Shown: positions 24,251 to 36,341, counted from the whole stretch's first letter. The stretch: DNA of 63,958 nucleotides, filler included, from Octopus bimaculoides (GCF_001194135.2; 9 parts of 6 records of this genome joined end to end with filler, not necessarily neighbours in it), one strand, 5' to 3'. A program made the numbers and translations. The notes: generated by a model not told the origin, from the sequence alone.

Positions 24251-24534
24251 AAATGTGTGATTTGTGGCTAATGGTTTTTAATCAAGAGTTAAGGCGCTTC
24301 ATCACTCTCGTTCATGACTGTAATGAGTGTGACAGCACGATGTTTATATACATACATATATACATACATATATTTATATATACATGTATATATATTTACA
24401 TATATATATATATATATATATANNNNNNNNNNNNNNNNNNNNNNNNNNNNNNNNNNNNNNNNNNNNNNNNNNNNNNNNNNNNNNNNNNNNNNNNNNNNNN
24501 NNNNNNNTATATATACATACATATATATTGTGTG

Positions 24535-24770
24535 TGTTAAGTTATGGGGACGTAAACAAACAAACACCGGCTGGTTGTGAAGCAGTGATGGGGATACAAA
24601 CACAAACACACAGATACAGACACCCGTATAAAAGGTTTCTTTCAGTTTATATCAACCAAATCCACTCAAAAGCGTTGGTTGTCCAGGTCTATAGCAGAAG
24701 AAATTTGCCCAAGATGCCACGTAGTGGGACTGAACTTGGATCCATGTGATTGGGAAGCAAATGTCACACC
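24535..24770 (-). mobile_element. SINE family B, degenerate
   Basis: aagttatggggacgtaaac and tttgcccaagatgccacgtagtgggactgaac. Confidence 0.75.
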
Positions 24771-24839
24771 TAATAATATAGCATATATCTTTATTTTAAA
24801 AGAGCGCGACAACCAAACAGCAGTGCTTGACTCAATATG

Positions 24840-25430
24840 GTACCGTTTATTTCGACCGGCGCCGTTATTGGTGATGAGTGCAAAGGCATAGACGTTACCT
24901 TGTGCCTCGGTTTTCGCTGTGGATCAACTCTCCGCTGGTTTGCACGGCACATGTTCTCTATTTCTCTCTCTCGTCTTTTCACTACGGCTCGTTTCCCTTA
25001 CCCCACTGCACTGAACGCTGTAACTGAAAGTAGGCGTAAATGTGAGGGGTGTCCTGTCAAAAATAGAGCCTGTTGGGTTCAATCGCAGAATACAGTGGAC
25101 GAGTAACTGCATTCTTGTTTAGAGTGGGACGTTGCTCATCTGAGATACCACGCCTGGTGACACATTCTCCAGTGCCAACTTAGTCACTTCAGCTGTAGAC
25201 TTGGAAGTTGCCTCCGCTGCTCTGATTACCGAAGATAGCCAAGAAGGAGTCACTAAAGGACAGATTCACAAATTCTCTTTCAAGCCTGTTGCTGTTGTGA
25301 CCTTCAGTGTTCTTGTACCTCCGTTTGCAGTTCTCCTTCCTTAAACAGTAGCGAAGGAAGAACCCTGTGAGTTAGAGAGGCTGATGCAACGGACGCTGCT
25401 GTCTGTCCGTAACGACAGCATCTTTGCTTT
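24840..25430 (+). mobile_element. Decayed restriction-like endonuclease domain of a CRE/HERO-type non-LTR retrotransposon
   Basis: Across frameshifts: WFARH, ALNAV, IEPVGFNR, WDV, PGDTFSSANLVTSA, FSFKPVAVVTFSVL, ERLMQRTLLSV. Motif order matches RH..LN..EPxGL..WD..DT..FxPxAxETxG..QRxS. Confidence 0.6.
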
Positions 25431-25626
25431 TTTTATCAGTAAGACGTAGGTAAAACAAATTATCAAACAGAAAAAGAAAGAATTTAGTTGTTTATTTCAA
25501 TAAATAACGAATTCTATCTTACAAGTATTCACTGCGTCTTTAAACGACGTTATATGTATAAACAATGAAGTTCAATAATTTCCGGCGATATGCTATTACG
25601 TCATAAAGACGTGTATTTGTTTACAG

Positions 25627-25718
25627 AGGATCCACTAACGATGTCAGCTAGTCTTTCGGGATTATGTGGAGAACTTTCCCATACCAGTTCATGTTTATGT
25701 GGTTATGGCATTTTCAAG
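25627..25718 (+). CDS. Candidate exon (DPLTMSASLSGLCGELSHTSSCLCGYGIFK), unidentified; may contain the start codon
   Basis: Acceptor tatttgtttacag, donor AAG|gtgaga, 92 nt, only one frame open, ATG at 25641 with A at -3. Confidence 0.45.
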
Positions 25719-26228
25719 GTGAGATTTAATTGGAATATAAATTATTTTCAATGTACATTATGAATATAAGTATATGTATATATGTAAATGTATACGTTTA
25801 CATTCTGCTAGGAATAAACAGTATCGCAATAATATCATCCCGCTTTATACTGAAGACATGATCTTTCCTAAACGTTTTGACTGAAAGGTTCTAATAATAA
25901 GAATTTTTAAAATGTGTAGAGGACAAGATCGAAAAAATCCTATATTTTGTTGTTCATTTTACCATAATCCCCCTCAGTTCAAATACTTTAGTTTCCTATT
26001 TAACACCGTTTCATATCTCAGCTAATTTTTAATGTGGGAAGTTGGCATTTAAACAAAACTATCATCGATTTAGTAAAATGTGGAAACTAGAAAACTTGGT
26101 CTGTTTTATTGTTTGAGTTTTTTCTTAGGTGAACTTCCGAGAGTTTGGTCTTTAATTAGTGTACTTAGAGTGGGGGCCAGTAAGGTGGACTCTAAGATTA
26201 TCAAGAAACAGATTTGAACTCAGCACTT

Positions 26229-26435
26229 AGATAATTCTTTCTACTAAAAGGTACAAGTTCTGAAATTTTGTCGGAAGTGGCTAGTCGATTATATCGACTC
26301 TATTGCTCAATTAACTCCGAAAGGATGAAAGGCAAAGTCAACCTCGGCGACATTTGAACTCAGAACGTAAATCTGGGAGAAATGCCGCTAAGCATTTTGT
26401 CCGGTATGTAACGATTCTCCTAGCTCACCGCCTTT
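26229..26435 (-). mobile_element. SINE family C with ~10-bp TSD
   Basis: Family C core; tcagcactta on both flanks. Confidence 0.85.
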
Positions 26436-26619
26436 CAGCACTTAAGTAACACTGTGTAACAAGATTAAAAAAAAATTGTCTTTGGTTAGTAAGTGTTATT
26501 TCCTATTTGTTTCTATCTAGAAATCAAAGGAAATGACTACTATTCCTTCCTTATTTTACTTTCGAGACCCGGACATGAAACTGACCTATTTTCCATTACA
26601 TTTGAGACGGATTCAGCGC

Positions 26620-26965
26620 TGAGCTGCTGAAGCAAAACTATCATTATAGCATATATTCTGATCAATACCACAGATTTGTTTGTTAGTTGCTTGACCATAA
26701 CTACTTGGGCATGTCCCTTAGTGTTTCGTTCATCATCCTCAAATAAGCTTTATTCAGGGACCTATTGGGCGGGATGAGCTACTCGACCTGAAGAAAATTC
26801 TAAGTGGGTTCCACCTGCAAAGTAATGCGAGGTTTATCTTTACATGAGGTCACCATGTCATGCATATATGGTTGCAATGCATATACCTTGTGTACTCTTA
26901 TCAGACAGGTAGTCATGATGGGTATATTGGGCTTTTTATATTTGTACTCCTGCATCACTTTGATG
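26620..26965 (+). mobile_element. Unclassified interspersed repeat (SINE-like)
   Basis: Single copy here; resemblance to a common octopus repeat is from memory only. Confidence 0.3.
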
Positions 26966-27028
26966 TTAAGTGATGGTGGGGGAGAAACACGGGCACAAGA
27001 CACACGCACGCACACACACGTGCACACG

Positions 27029-27105
<77 letters not shown>

Positions 27106-28084
27106 NNNNNNNNNNNNNNNNNNNNNNNNNNNNNNNNNNNNNNNNNNNNNNNNNNNNNNNNNNNNNNNNNNNNNNNNNNNNNNNNNNNNNNNNNNNNNNN
27201 NNNNNNNNNNNNNNNNNNNNNNNNNNNNNNNNNNNNNNNNNNNNNNNNNNNNNNNNNNNNNNNNNNNNNNNNNNNNNNNNNNNNNNNNNNNNNNNNNNNN
27301 NNNNNNNNNNNNNNNNNNNNNNNNNNNNNNNNNNNNNNNNNNNNNNNNNNNNNNNNNNNNNNNNNNNNNNNNNNNNNNNNNNNNNNNNNNNNNNNNNNNN
27401 NNNNNNNNNNNNNNNNNNNNNNNNNNNNNNNNNNNNNNNNNNNNNNNNNNNNNNNNNNNNNNNNNNNNNNNNNNNNNNNNNNNNNNNNNNNNNNNNNNNN
27501 NNNNNNNNNNNNNNNNNNNNNNNNNNNNNNNNNNNNNNNNNNNNNNNNNNNNNNNNNNNNNNNNNNNNNNNNNNNNNNNNNNNNNNNNNNNNNNNNNNNN
27601 NNNNNNNNNNNNNNNNNNNNNNNNNNNNNNNNNNNNNNNNNNNNNNNNNNNNNNNNNNNNNNNNNNNNNNNNNNNNNNNNNNNNNNNNNNNNNNNNNNNN
27701 NNNNNNNNNNNNNNNNNNNNNNNNNNNNNNNNNNNNNNNNNNNNNNNNNNNNNNNNNNNNNNNNNNNNNNNNNNNNNNNNNNNNNNNNNNNNNNNNNNNN
27801 NNNNNNNNNNNNNNNNNNNNNNNNNNNNNNNNNNNNNNNNNNNNNNNNNNNNNNNNNNNNNNNNNNNNNNNNNNNNNNNNNNNNNNNNNNNNNNNNNNNN
27901 NNNNNNNNNNNNNNNNNNNNNNNNNNNNNNNNNNNNNNNNNNNNNNNNNNNNNNNNNNNNNNNNNNNNNNNNNNNNNNNNNNNNNNNNNNNNNNNNNNNN
28001 NNNNNNNNNNNNNNNNNNNNNNNNNNNNNNNNNNNNNNNNNNNNNNNNNNNNNNNNNNNNNNNNNNNNNNNNNNNNNNNNNNNN

Positions 28085-28296
28085 GTGTGTGACTATGTTG
28101 TGTTTGTTCTCCACCGCCACTTAATAACCGGTGTTGATTTGTCTACGTCCTCGTAACTTAGCAGCTCGAGAGAAGAGACTGATAGAATGATTGCCAGACT
28201 TTAAAAAAATATGTACTGATGTATTCGATTAAACTTTATCAGGGCGATGCTCCAGCACGGCCGCAGTCCAGTGACTGAAAGGTGTAAATAGATAAG
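28085..28296 (+). mobile_element. SINE family B, 3' half
   Basis: cgtaacttagc...gctccagcacggccgcagtccagtgactgaaa. Confidence 0.75.
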
Positions 28297-28349
28297 ATGA
28301 AAAAATTATTTGTGAAACCGGTAAATTTTTACTGTTAGATCCAGCTTAC

Positions 28350-28421
28350 ATTGAAAATGTAGTTTATCTGAAGAACGAGGGATTTCTGATGGATTTGATG
28401 GTCAGATTCGTCTAAAAATAC
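28350..28421 (-). CDS. Candidate symmetric 72-nt exon (VFLDESDHQIHQKSLVLQINYIFN), unidentified
   Basis: Acceptor gattttttttcag, donor AAT|gtaagc, only frame 0 open. Confidence 0.3.
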
Positions 28422-28804
28422 CTGAAAAAAAATCGTAGGAAAAACATAAATTTCATATTCAAACTGTGACAGGTATATCTGTAATAAAACAATATAGATC
28501 GTTGATTTTGGTTGTTTGTGCGTGTGCGTAATTCTCTCCCCCCTCCTCCTATTGGTTTGTGTATGTGTTTTCGTACGTCATTCACTATGGACACAACGCA
28601 ACACATACTTAAAATGAAAGACTTCAACTATAACGACAGGTTGCTGTTGTTGAGAGAGAGATATAAATAGAGAGAGAGAGAGAACGAGAATGTGCGTGTG
28701 AGTGTGTATGTGTGTGAAAGCTAGAAAGATAGGTAGACTGTTGTTGCCATAGCAGCTAACGAGACTTTCACTACATAATAGTCAATTATTAAAAGAATGT
28801 ACGT

Positions 28805-29160
28805 GCATGTGTGTAAGAAGGTTGCTTCTGAATCACAAGGTCCCGGGTTCAGTCCCACAGTGTGGCACCTTGCACATGTGTCTTCTACTATAGCCTCGGG
28901 CCGACCAAAGGCTTGTGAGTGGATTTGGTTGACGGAAATTGAAAGGAGCCGGTCGTATATATATATATATAAGTATATGTATATGTTTGTATGTTTGTTT
29001 GTTTACGTTCCCGTAACTTAGCGGTTCGGCAAAGTAGACCGATAGAATAAGTACAAGTTTTACAAAAAATGAGTCGCTGGGGTCGATGTGTTCGACTAAA
29101 GGTGGTGCTCCAGCATGGCTGCAGTCAAATGAGTGAAATGAATAAGAGAATAAGAGAATA
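28805..29160 (+). mobile_element. SINE family B
   Basis: Head, internal microsatellite and tail all present. Confidence 0.88.
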
Positions 29161-29414
29161 AAAAAATAAGCATTTTTACCGGCANNNNNNNNNNTCTGAA
29201 CTACATCAAGGGATTTCAGGAATCTGAGACTGTTGTTTGCAGGGGCACCACTGTTGGCTGTGCTACGCCATTATTTGAAACCTCCTCTGATGTGTGGCAT
29301 TTGGTGAATGAAGGAGTTTCATGCTGTTGCCCTCATCAAAATATTAGAACAACGTACAGAAAATTTCTAACCGGAGCCGCGATGCGAACAGTTGTGCTGT
29401 GACTCCGACTAATT

Positions 29415-29815
29415 CTTTTATTCTTTTACTTGTTTCAGTCATTTGACTGCGGCCATACTGGAGCACCGCCTTAAAGGGTTTTAGTCGAAGAAATCGACCC
29501 CCCAGGATTTAATCTTTGTAAAACTAGTACTCATTGTATCGCTTTCTTTTGCCGAACCGCTAAACTACGGGGACATAAACACACCAGCATCGTTTGTCAA
29601 GCGATGGCAGTGGGGGACAAACACATACACATAAATATATATATATATATATATAAATATATANNNNNNNNNNACCAAATCCACTTACAAGACTTTGGTC
29701 AGCCCCAGGTTATAGTAGAAGACACTTGCCCAAGGTGCCACGCAATGGGGCTGAACCCAGAACTATCCGGTTGGGAAGTAAAGTTTCTTACCATGCAGCC
29801 ACACCTGCACCTCTA
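29415..29815 (-). mobile_element. SINE family B
   Basis: Tail ttttacttgtttcagtcatttgactgcggcc through head, 10-N gap at the internal (TA)n. Confidence 0.88.
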
Positions 29816-30734
29816 TAATATCAATAATTCGTGTAAACATGTTATTTCGTGATTTTGTTTTTTGCTGTTGTGTTTTTAAGGTCTAATATTGTCATGTTTA
29901 TTTCACTGGTGTATTCGTTTTAATTACATGTCACAGCGAGCAAGCTTTTATTTGGATTGTAGGGACGAAGATAAGAAAATAATTATGTCAGTTATTTTCG
30001 GGGAAGAAGTAGGCTTGACATGTTAACTTATTAATGCACTATTTTTTCCGTATTTTCGCTATAACTCACTTTGCCTCACGGCATCCAAACTTTTAATAAC
30101 TTCTCTAAACATGGTTTTCTTTCCTCCGTTAAACAGAGAAACAAAACATTTTTTTCAGCCATGTGTAATTAGTTTTAATTACATATCAAAGCGTGCAATG
30201 AACAACATTTATTTGTTTATTCCAGGGATGAAGATAAGGAAAATATTTGGGTGGATGGGAAAGAAAAGGAGGGGCGGTTTGACATGAAAATTTATTATTG
30301 TTGCAGTACTTCACACGTCTAGAATTATTATTGAAGTGAATATAAATACTTTGTGAAATAATTGCTTTTCACGTTATTAATGAAATAGTGAAGACGAAAT
30401 TTAAGACGGTGCCGACGATTTTGCGGAAAGCTGTCGGCTAGCGGAGACCCATCTTTTATAGATAAGATATCATTATCAATAAAAAACGTTAGGTTTTGAC
30501 AAATCTAGTAAAGTAGCAGAATTAATGATATTTCTCTTTTAGATTCGGAAAGAGAAACGAAAGATATCAAAGAACTGTTTAAGAAATCCGTTAGAAATTG
30601 CATATCTGTCTATATCAATATATATCTATATCTCTTACAAGCCTTTAATATACTTGGTAGTATACGGTTGCATAACGAAATACGGTTTCCCGACCAGCAA
30701 TTAATTTGTCTGTCTGTCTCTCTCTATATATATA

Positions 30735-30897
30735 TGGCGTAGGAATGTCTGTGTGGTAAGTAGCATATTTACCAACCACATGGTCCCGGGTTCAGTCCTA
30801 CTGCGTGGCACCTTGGGCGAGTGTCTTCTACTAAGGCCTCGAGCCGACCAAAGACTTGTGAGTGGATTTGGTAGGCGGAAATTGAAAGAAGCCCGTC

Positions 30898-30957
<60 letters not shown>

Positions 30958-31145
30958 GTGTCTGTGTACGTTTGTGTGTCTGTGTTTGTGCCTCCAATAT
31001 CACTTGACAACCTATGCTGGTGCGTTTACGTCCCCGTAACTTAGCGGTTCGGCAAAAGAGACCGATAGAATAAGTACTAGGCTCACAAAGAATAAGTCCT
31101 GGGGTTGATTTGCTCGACTAAAGGCAGTGCTCCAATATGGCCGCA
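30735..31145 (+). mobile_element. SINE family B
   Basis: Head ggcgtaggaatgtctgtgtggtaag, core ccttgggcgagtgtcttc, internal (TA)n. Confidence 0.9.
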
Positions 31146-31539
31146 ATATGGACAATATGAATATCATCTTAATTCTCTAGACTGGAGTTTGTGCCTGTGT
31201 GATGAGCGTGATCGAATGTATATCTAAGTTTTAAGTATATATATATAAACTAGCAGGATACCTCGGCGTTGTTCGGGATTAAGTAGCATAATTAGTGAGT
31301 TGCGAAATCGTCCAATCTTGATATTTCACCGTTCCTTGATGGTAATTTCTCCCTTGCAAATATATTTCCAATGGATACATCAAAGGACCATAGGATCGAT
31401 GTAACTCTGAAATTCTCAATACACCTTGTTTCAACTGAAGAACAATATCTCTATTTTCTGTAGGCTCATTTTTGACATTAAAATTGCATCTTCAGCCCCT
31501 GTTGGTGCATTAAAGTGCCGAGCATGTTCTCACACTTAT

Positions 31540-32576
31540 TTTCCCGACGTTGATAATCAATTTGACCTTGGATTCTTATAGATGGATTCCAATCTTGGAC
31601 AGATGCACCTCTGTAGCCAAAGCTGGTTATGGCAAACAGAGAGTTGTACTCTTTGAGCCTTGACAAAAAGTGTTTGCTGAATTGACTTACCCCAGTGAAC
31701 AGTTCTTGAAATAACCGAGGCAGAGGTGGAAATGGATCCAGTGTAACCTTCCCTTTTCTACAACACATTCCTGGTGATTCTCCAGTAAATTTCTTAGCGC
31801 CACACTGACAACGTTTGGACATTTCTCCAATGCAGCCTTGTTACATGGGTCATTTTTGTCATACAGTAATGCAGAACGTTTAGCGTTGTCTATCAGCAAT
31901 CAAACGCTGTTGTCTCTCTTCTTCAGACTCACTTTTTCTTGCAACCATATGGCGAAATCTAACAGAAATCAAACGCTGTTGNNNNNNNNNNTAACAGAAA
32001 TCAAACGCTGTTGCTTCTCTTCTTCAGACTCACTTTTTCTTGCAACCATTTGGTGAAATCTAACAGAAATCAAACGCTGTTGCTTCTCTTCTTCAGACTC
32101 ACTTTTTCTTGCAACCATTTGGTGAAATCTAACAGAAATCAAACGCTGTTGTTTCTCTTCTTCAGACTCACTTTTTCTTGCAACCATATGGCGAAATCTA
32201 ACAGAAATCAAACGCTGTTGCTTCTCTTCTTCAGACTCATTTTTTCTTGCAACCATATGGCGAAATCTATCAGAAATCAAACGTTGTTGTTTCTCTTCTT
32301 CTCACTCATTTCCTTTTGCAACTACATGGCGAAATATATCTTGCTCCTGTCTTCTTGACGCACACCAAAGGTTTCATTTTGCCGAGACTCTATTTGCCTC
32401 TATCTTTGTCTAGAAAATCGTTCGTCCCACAGCCTTCAGATTGGCGAGACTCTTTGTTTTTGGTTTTGCCTAGAAAGTCGTTCTTCCCTTGCACCACAGC
32501 TTTCAGATTGACGACGAATCTTCATCCTTTGTGCATGTGAAGTATTTGCATAAGTGGACTTCCTTTTCCATGGCAT
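31540..32576 (-). pseudogene. Disrupted N-terminus of Helitron Rep-Hel protein (charged repeats plus Cys-rich region)
   Basis: MPWKRKS...REERL, 23-aa repeats, then CQCGAKKFTGESPGMCCRKGKV...HFLSRLKEYNSLFAITSFG...IRIQGQI, matching the Helitron motif C..C.A......CC..GKV...YNS.F.MTSFG...IQGQ. Stops and frameshifts present; no Rep or helicase core. Confidence 0.85.
31895..32340 (-). repeat. 69-bp coding tandem repeat (~6 units) inside the Helitron
   Basis: Unit encodes RHMVARKSESEEEKQQRLISVRF (23 aa) and preserves frame. Confidence 0.9.
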
Positions 32577-33257
32577 AATGGGTGTCTGAAGAAAAATTAA
32601 TAAAAAGAAAATGTTAAAGAAGTAGAGGCATTCACTAATAATTTTTCTTGCCATAATTCTAGTTTTGTCATAGATAAAATATGTAAATTTGCAGAATTTT
32701 TCTATAAAAGAGAGGTAATTTTGTTGTTTTACGTCTGATTAATAGAAAAGAAAAACCCCGTGACAATAGAGATTCAAATACTGAAGTTATGGGCTTTCAA
32801 AATTTGCAATATAAGGGGGGTTAGCCCCAATTAGGGTGTCTTAATATTATTAGAATTTGCTGATAATTTGGGAATAGGCATCATTTCCGTTCTTTTACTT
32901 ATGGCTTAAAATTAATTTAAATCAATGGGAGAAAACTTTTCAGTGNNNNNNNNNNCTATCTCCAAAACTCAAGAAGTTCGATAACAAACAGACAGAGGCT
33001 ACAGCTTTATATGTATAGATGTGTGTGCACGTGTGTGCACGTGTGTGTATGCACATGTGCATATATATATATATATGTATGCATGTCTTACGAGAGTCGT
33101 AACTTGTGGCTGTGCTGCAAGAAAACAGTAGATACCACGTCTCTTTACTCTGTATCATTTAAATTTTCCTTATTGCAGATTACAGATTACAACGATCAAC
33201 TGATCTGCCTGCTTGCCTGCCTGCTTGCCTGCCTGCCTGTCTGTCTGTCTGCCTGCC

Positions 33258-33301
<44 letters not shown>

Positions 33302-33806
33302 CCTGTCTGTCTGCCTCTCTCTCCTTCCCCCTCTCTTTTTTCTACACACAAATGTATACATTTTAGACTGAAACAAGTAAAAAAAAAATCTAAGACAATA
33401 TTATTAAGTTAGTACTAACATGATATAAAGCCAACATCAAATATGTTAATTTGATGTAATTAAGCGGCGAGAAGGCAACTTAGTTATTACATTAATCATT
33501 TCGGAGACTATACGAAGACAAATCCGGCTATGTTTCCGTTTTATTACTGCTCATCAGCGAAAGACTTAGTATGTATTATCTTCTTACAAGATGTTACAAC
33601 TCTAGTCTCTTCAGCGGAGACGAAACTCTGAATATTTGGCCGAATTGTAAGAAGGTATACATACATACATACATGCAGAAACACACTCTCACACACACGG
33701 AACCAAAGAACTAAGCGTCAACCTACTTAGTGAAAGAGTGACGAGAAAATCTCTAAGTAGCTGTACAATGTTGTATGCCAGTAAGTGCGAGAAATTAAAA
33801 TATATT

Positions 33807-33872
33807 TAAAACGATAAATCATATAAAACGATAAATCATATAAAACGATAAATAATTTAAAACGATAAATCA
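33807..33872. repeat. 17-bp minisatellite x4
   Basis: Unit taaaacgataaatcata. Confidence 0.9.
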
Positions 33873-34127
33873 GGGTTGCCAACAAAATGAGTAAAAATCA
33901 ACTTAGTTTCACCATATTCAATTTATTGAGCTATACATACCTAATTAGAAATAGTTATTTCAAGAAGAAAAGACATTAGCTGAATGCTAAATATTTTTAA
34001 AATAATTTCAACAAGCATGGGAAACTTCTTAATATTTGTTTCGGCTAATTAGAACCCTTCAACATAGAATGAATCCTACACTCTACCATATTTGGGAAAA
34101 TAGAAATGAGAGTATCGCTATGTAGAT

Positions 34128-34515
34128 GTTGTTGTTGGCACTCCGTCGCTTAACGACGACGAGGGTTCCAGTTGATCCGATCAACGGAACAGCCTGCTCA
34201 TGAAATTAACGTGCAAGTGGCTGAGCACTCCACAGACACGTGTACCCTTAACGTAGTTCTCGGGGATATTCAGCGTGACAGTGTGACAAGGTTGACCCTT
34301 TGAATTACAGGCACAACAGAAACAGGAAGTAAGAGTGAAAGAAAGCTGTAGTGAAAGAGTACAGCAGGGTTCGCCACCATCCCCTGCCGGAGCCTCGTGG
34401 AGCTTTAGTTGTTTTCGCTGAATAAACACTCACAACGCCCTGTCTAAGGAATCGAAACCGCGATCCTATGACTGTGAGTCCGCTGCCCTAACCACAGGGC
34501 CATTGCGCCTCCACT
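34128..34515 (-). mobile_element. Full-length SINE family A with 11-bp TSD
   Basis: TSD gctatgtagat at 34117-34127 and 34516-34526; colinear with 510-900. Confidence 0.93.
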
Positions 34516-34917
34516 GCTATGTAGATATACAGTACTAATCACAAATCGGCTTGTATAATTAATTAGCATATTTAAAATATACTAATTAGAAAATATGCTA
34601 AACATATTTAGCATATTTCAAATACGTCTAGTTTAGGAACAAGGCAACAATTTTGAGAAGTGGTTGAGTCAATATCATCGACCTCAGTTCTTGGCTGGCT
34701 CTTTATTTTATTGATCTCGAAAGGGTGTAAACAGAACTTAAAGAGCTAGAAGTACCGTATGACATTTTGTCCGGCTTGCTACATCTAACAAAATATTACC
34801 TTGAATTTGTTCAGTAGTGCGGTTTGTCTGATGATTAACCACATCTCAAGCGGCTCGCTTCTCAAAAACAAAAAACAGAAAAAGGTTGCCCGTGTTATAT
34901 TCCGTGGCAGTAACATT

Positions 34918-35330
34918 CTTCTCTTTTCTCCTGTAGGCACAAGGCCCGAAATTTTTGGGGAGGGGGTGGTCGATTATATCGACCTCAGCACGCAACTGGT
35001 ACTTAATTTATCGACCCCAAAAGGATGAAAGGCAAAGTCAACCTCGGCGGAATCTGAACTCAGAACGTAAAGACAGACGAAATACCGCTAAGCATGTCGC
35101 CCGGCGTGCTAACGTTTCTTATTTCTTTATTGCCCACAAGGGGCTAAACATAGAGGGGACAAACAAGGACAGACAAATGAATTAATTTGATTACATCGAC
35201 CCCAGTGCGTAACTGATACTTAATTTATCGACCCCGAAAGGATGGAAGGCAAAGTCAACCTCGGCGGAATTTGAACTCAGAACGTAAAGACAGACGAAAT
35301 ACCGCAAGCATTTCTGCCAGCTCACCGCCT
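34918..35330 (-). mobile_element. Two adjacent partial SINE family C copies separated by a ~60-bp foreign insert
   Basis: Core repeated at ~35010 and ~35230; insert 35120-35180. Confidence 0.85.
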
Positions 35331-35674
35331 TTTCCGTTGGAGTAACATCATATCTTACAAAAGGTGGAATGATCATTGTTAGAACACTCGATCGTGGCTC
35401 GCCAAGTAATACTAAGCAACAACAACAACAACAACAGCAACAACAACTTAAACAGAAATTCACAAATGTCAACTGTATCAAGCATAATCCACACTGCATT
35501 TAGCTACATTCTTTCCCTATGTCTTCTGATTTCCTGTACAATTCCCGGAGCCTTCAACATGTTGAATTAATCGTCTTTATAATGATGATCTCTCTTCTCA
35601 CACCCTTCTTCCCCGTCGTTCTCTTTACCCGTTACACGCGCGCGCACAAACACAAACACACACACAAACATGTA

Positions 35675-35995
35675 TATATAACTCTTCGAAACGCCGGTGT
35701 TAAAACGGGGGTAGCTGATGAAGGAAAATGTTCTCTATGTGGCTTGTGTGTTTTCTGTACTCTGGTTATTATTATTTCTTGTCTACGTTTTGTTTGAAAT
35801 GTCCTGTACCCAGATATGGGTGTAATAGTCTGGTGTAATATTCTCGGGTCACTCTATCTTTATTCATAGTGCCTTCATATGATACATTTTCGTCTATGCC
35901 TAGGTACTTGTAACATTTTTTGTGTGGAATGGGGAAAATAGAGAGACCGTTGATGCACAGATTTTGGGTTTGGGGCACTGACTTTCCTCGTTCTA
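35675..35995 (-). mobile_element. R4/Dong-like non-LTR fragment plus adjoining repeat end
   Basis: CYKYLGIDENVSYEGTMNKDRVTREYYTRL (YKYLG motif of RLE-type RT region). Confidence 0.55.
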
Positions 35996-36007
35996 TAACC
36001 GAATATA

Positions 36008-36208
36008 AGGCGGCGAGCTAACAGAAACGTTAGCACGCCGGGCGAAATGCTTAGCGGTATTTCGTCTGTCTTTATGTTCTGAGTTCAAATTCCGCCGAGG
36101 TTGATTTTGCTTTTCATCCTTTCGGGGTCGATAAATTAAGTACCAGTTGCGTACTGATGTCGATCTAATTGATTGGCTCCTCCCCCAAAATGTCGAGCCT
36201 TGTGCCTA
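36008..36208 (+). mobile_element. SINE family C
   Basis: Well-preserved head and core gcttttcatcctttcggggtcgataaattaagtacc. Confidence 0.9.
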
Positions 36209-36288
36209 TTTATCTGTGTGCTTGTCTTTCTACTTAACTGTAGAAATTTCCATTGACATCTGATGTGTGTGTGTGTGCATGTGTGTGA

Positions 36289-36339
<51 letters not shown>

Positions 36340-36341
<2 letters not shown>

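Larger units (their letters stand above)
31250..33019 (-). mobile_element. Internally deleted Helitron with both termini
   Basis: Minus strand begins A|TCTATACATATAAAG (33019) and ends with imperfect hairpin cccgaacaacgccgagg then tatcctgCTAG|T (31250): the canonical 5'-TC, 3'-CTRR and AT target. Confidence 0.85.

Noticed and set aside
33612-33654. WD40-like peptide SGDETLNIW as an exon
   Set aside because: Too short to be significant, and no neighbouring WD40 sequence.
35683-35730. Type II hammerhead (CGAAAC...GTAGCTGATGAAGG)
   Set aside because: Core halves are present in permuted order, but only one nucleotide separates the putative cleavage site from CUGAUGA, so stem I cannot form.
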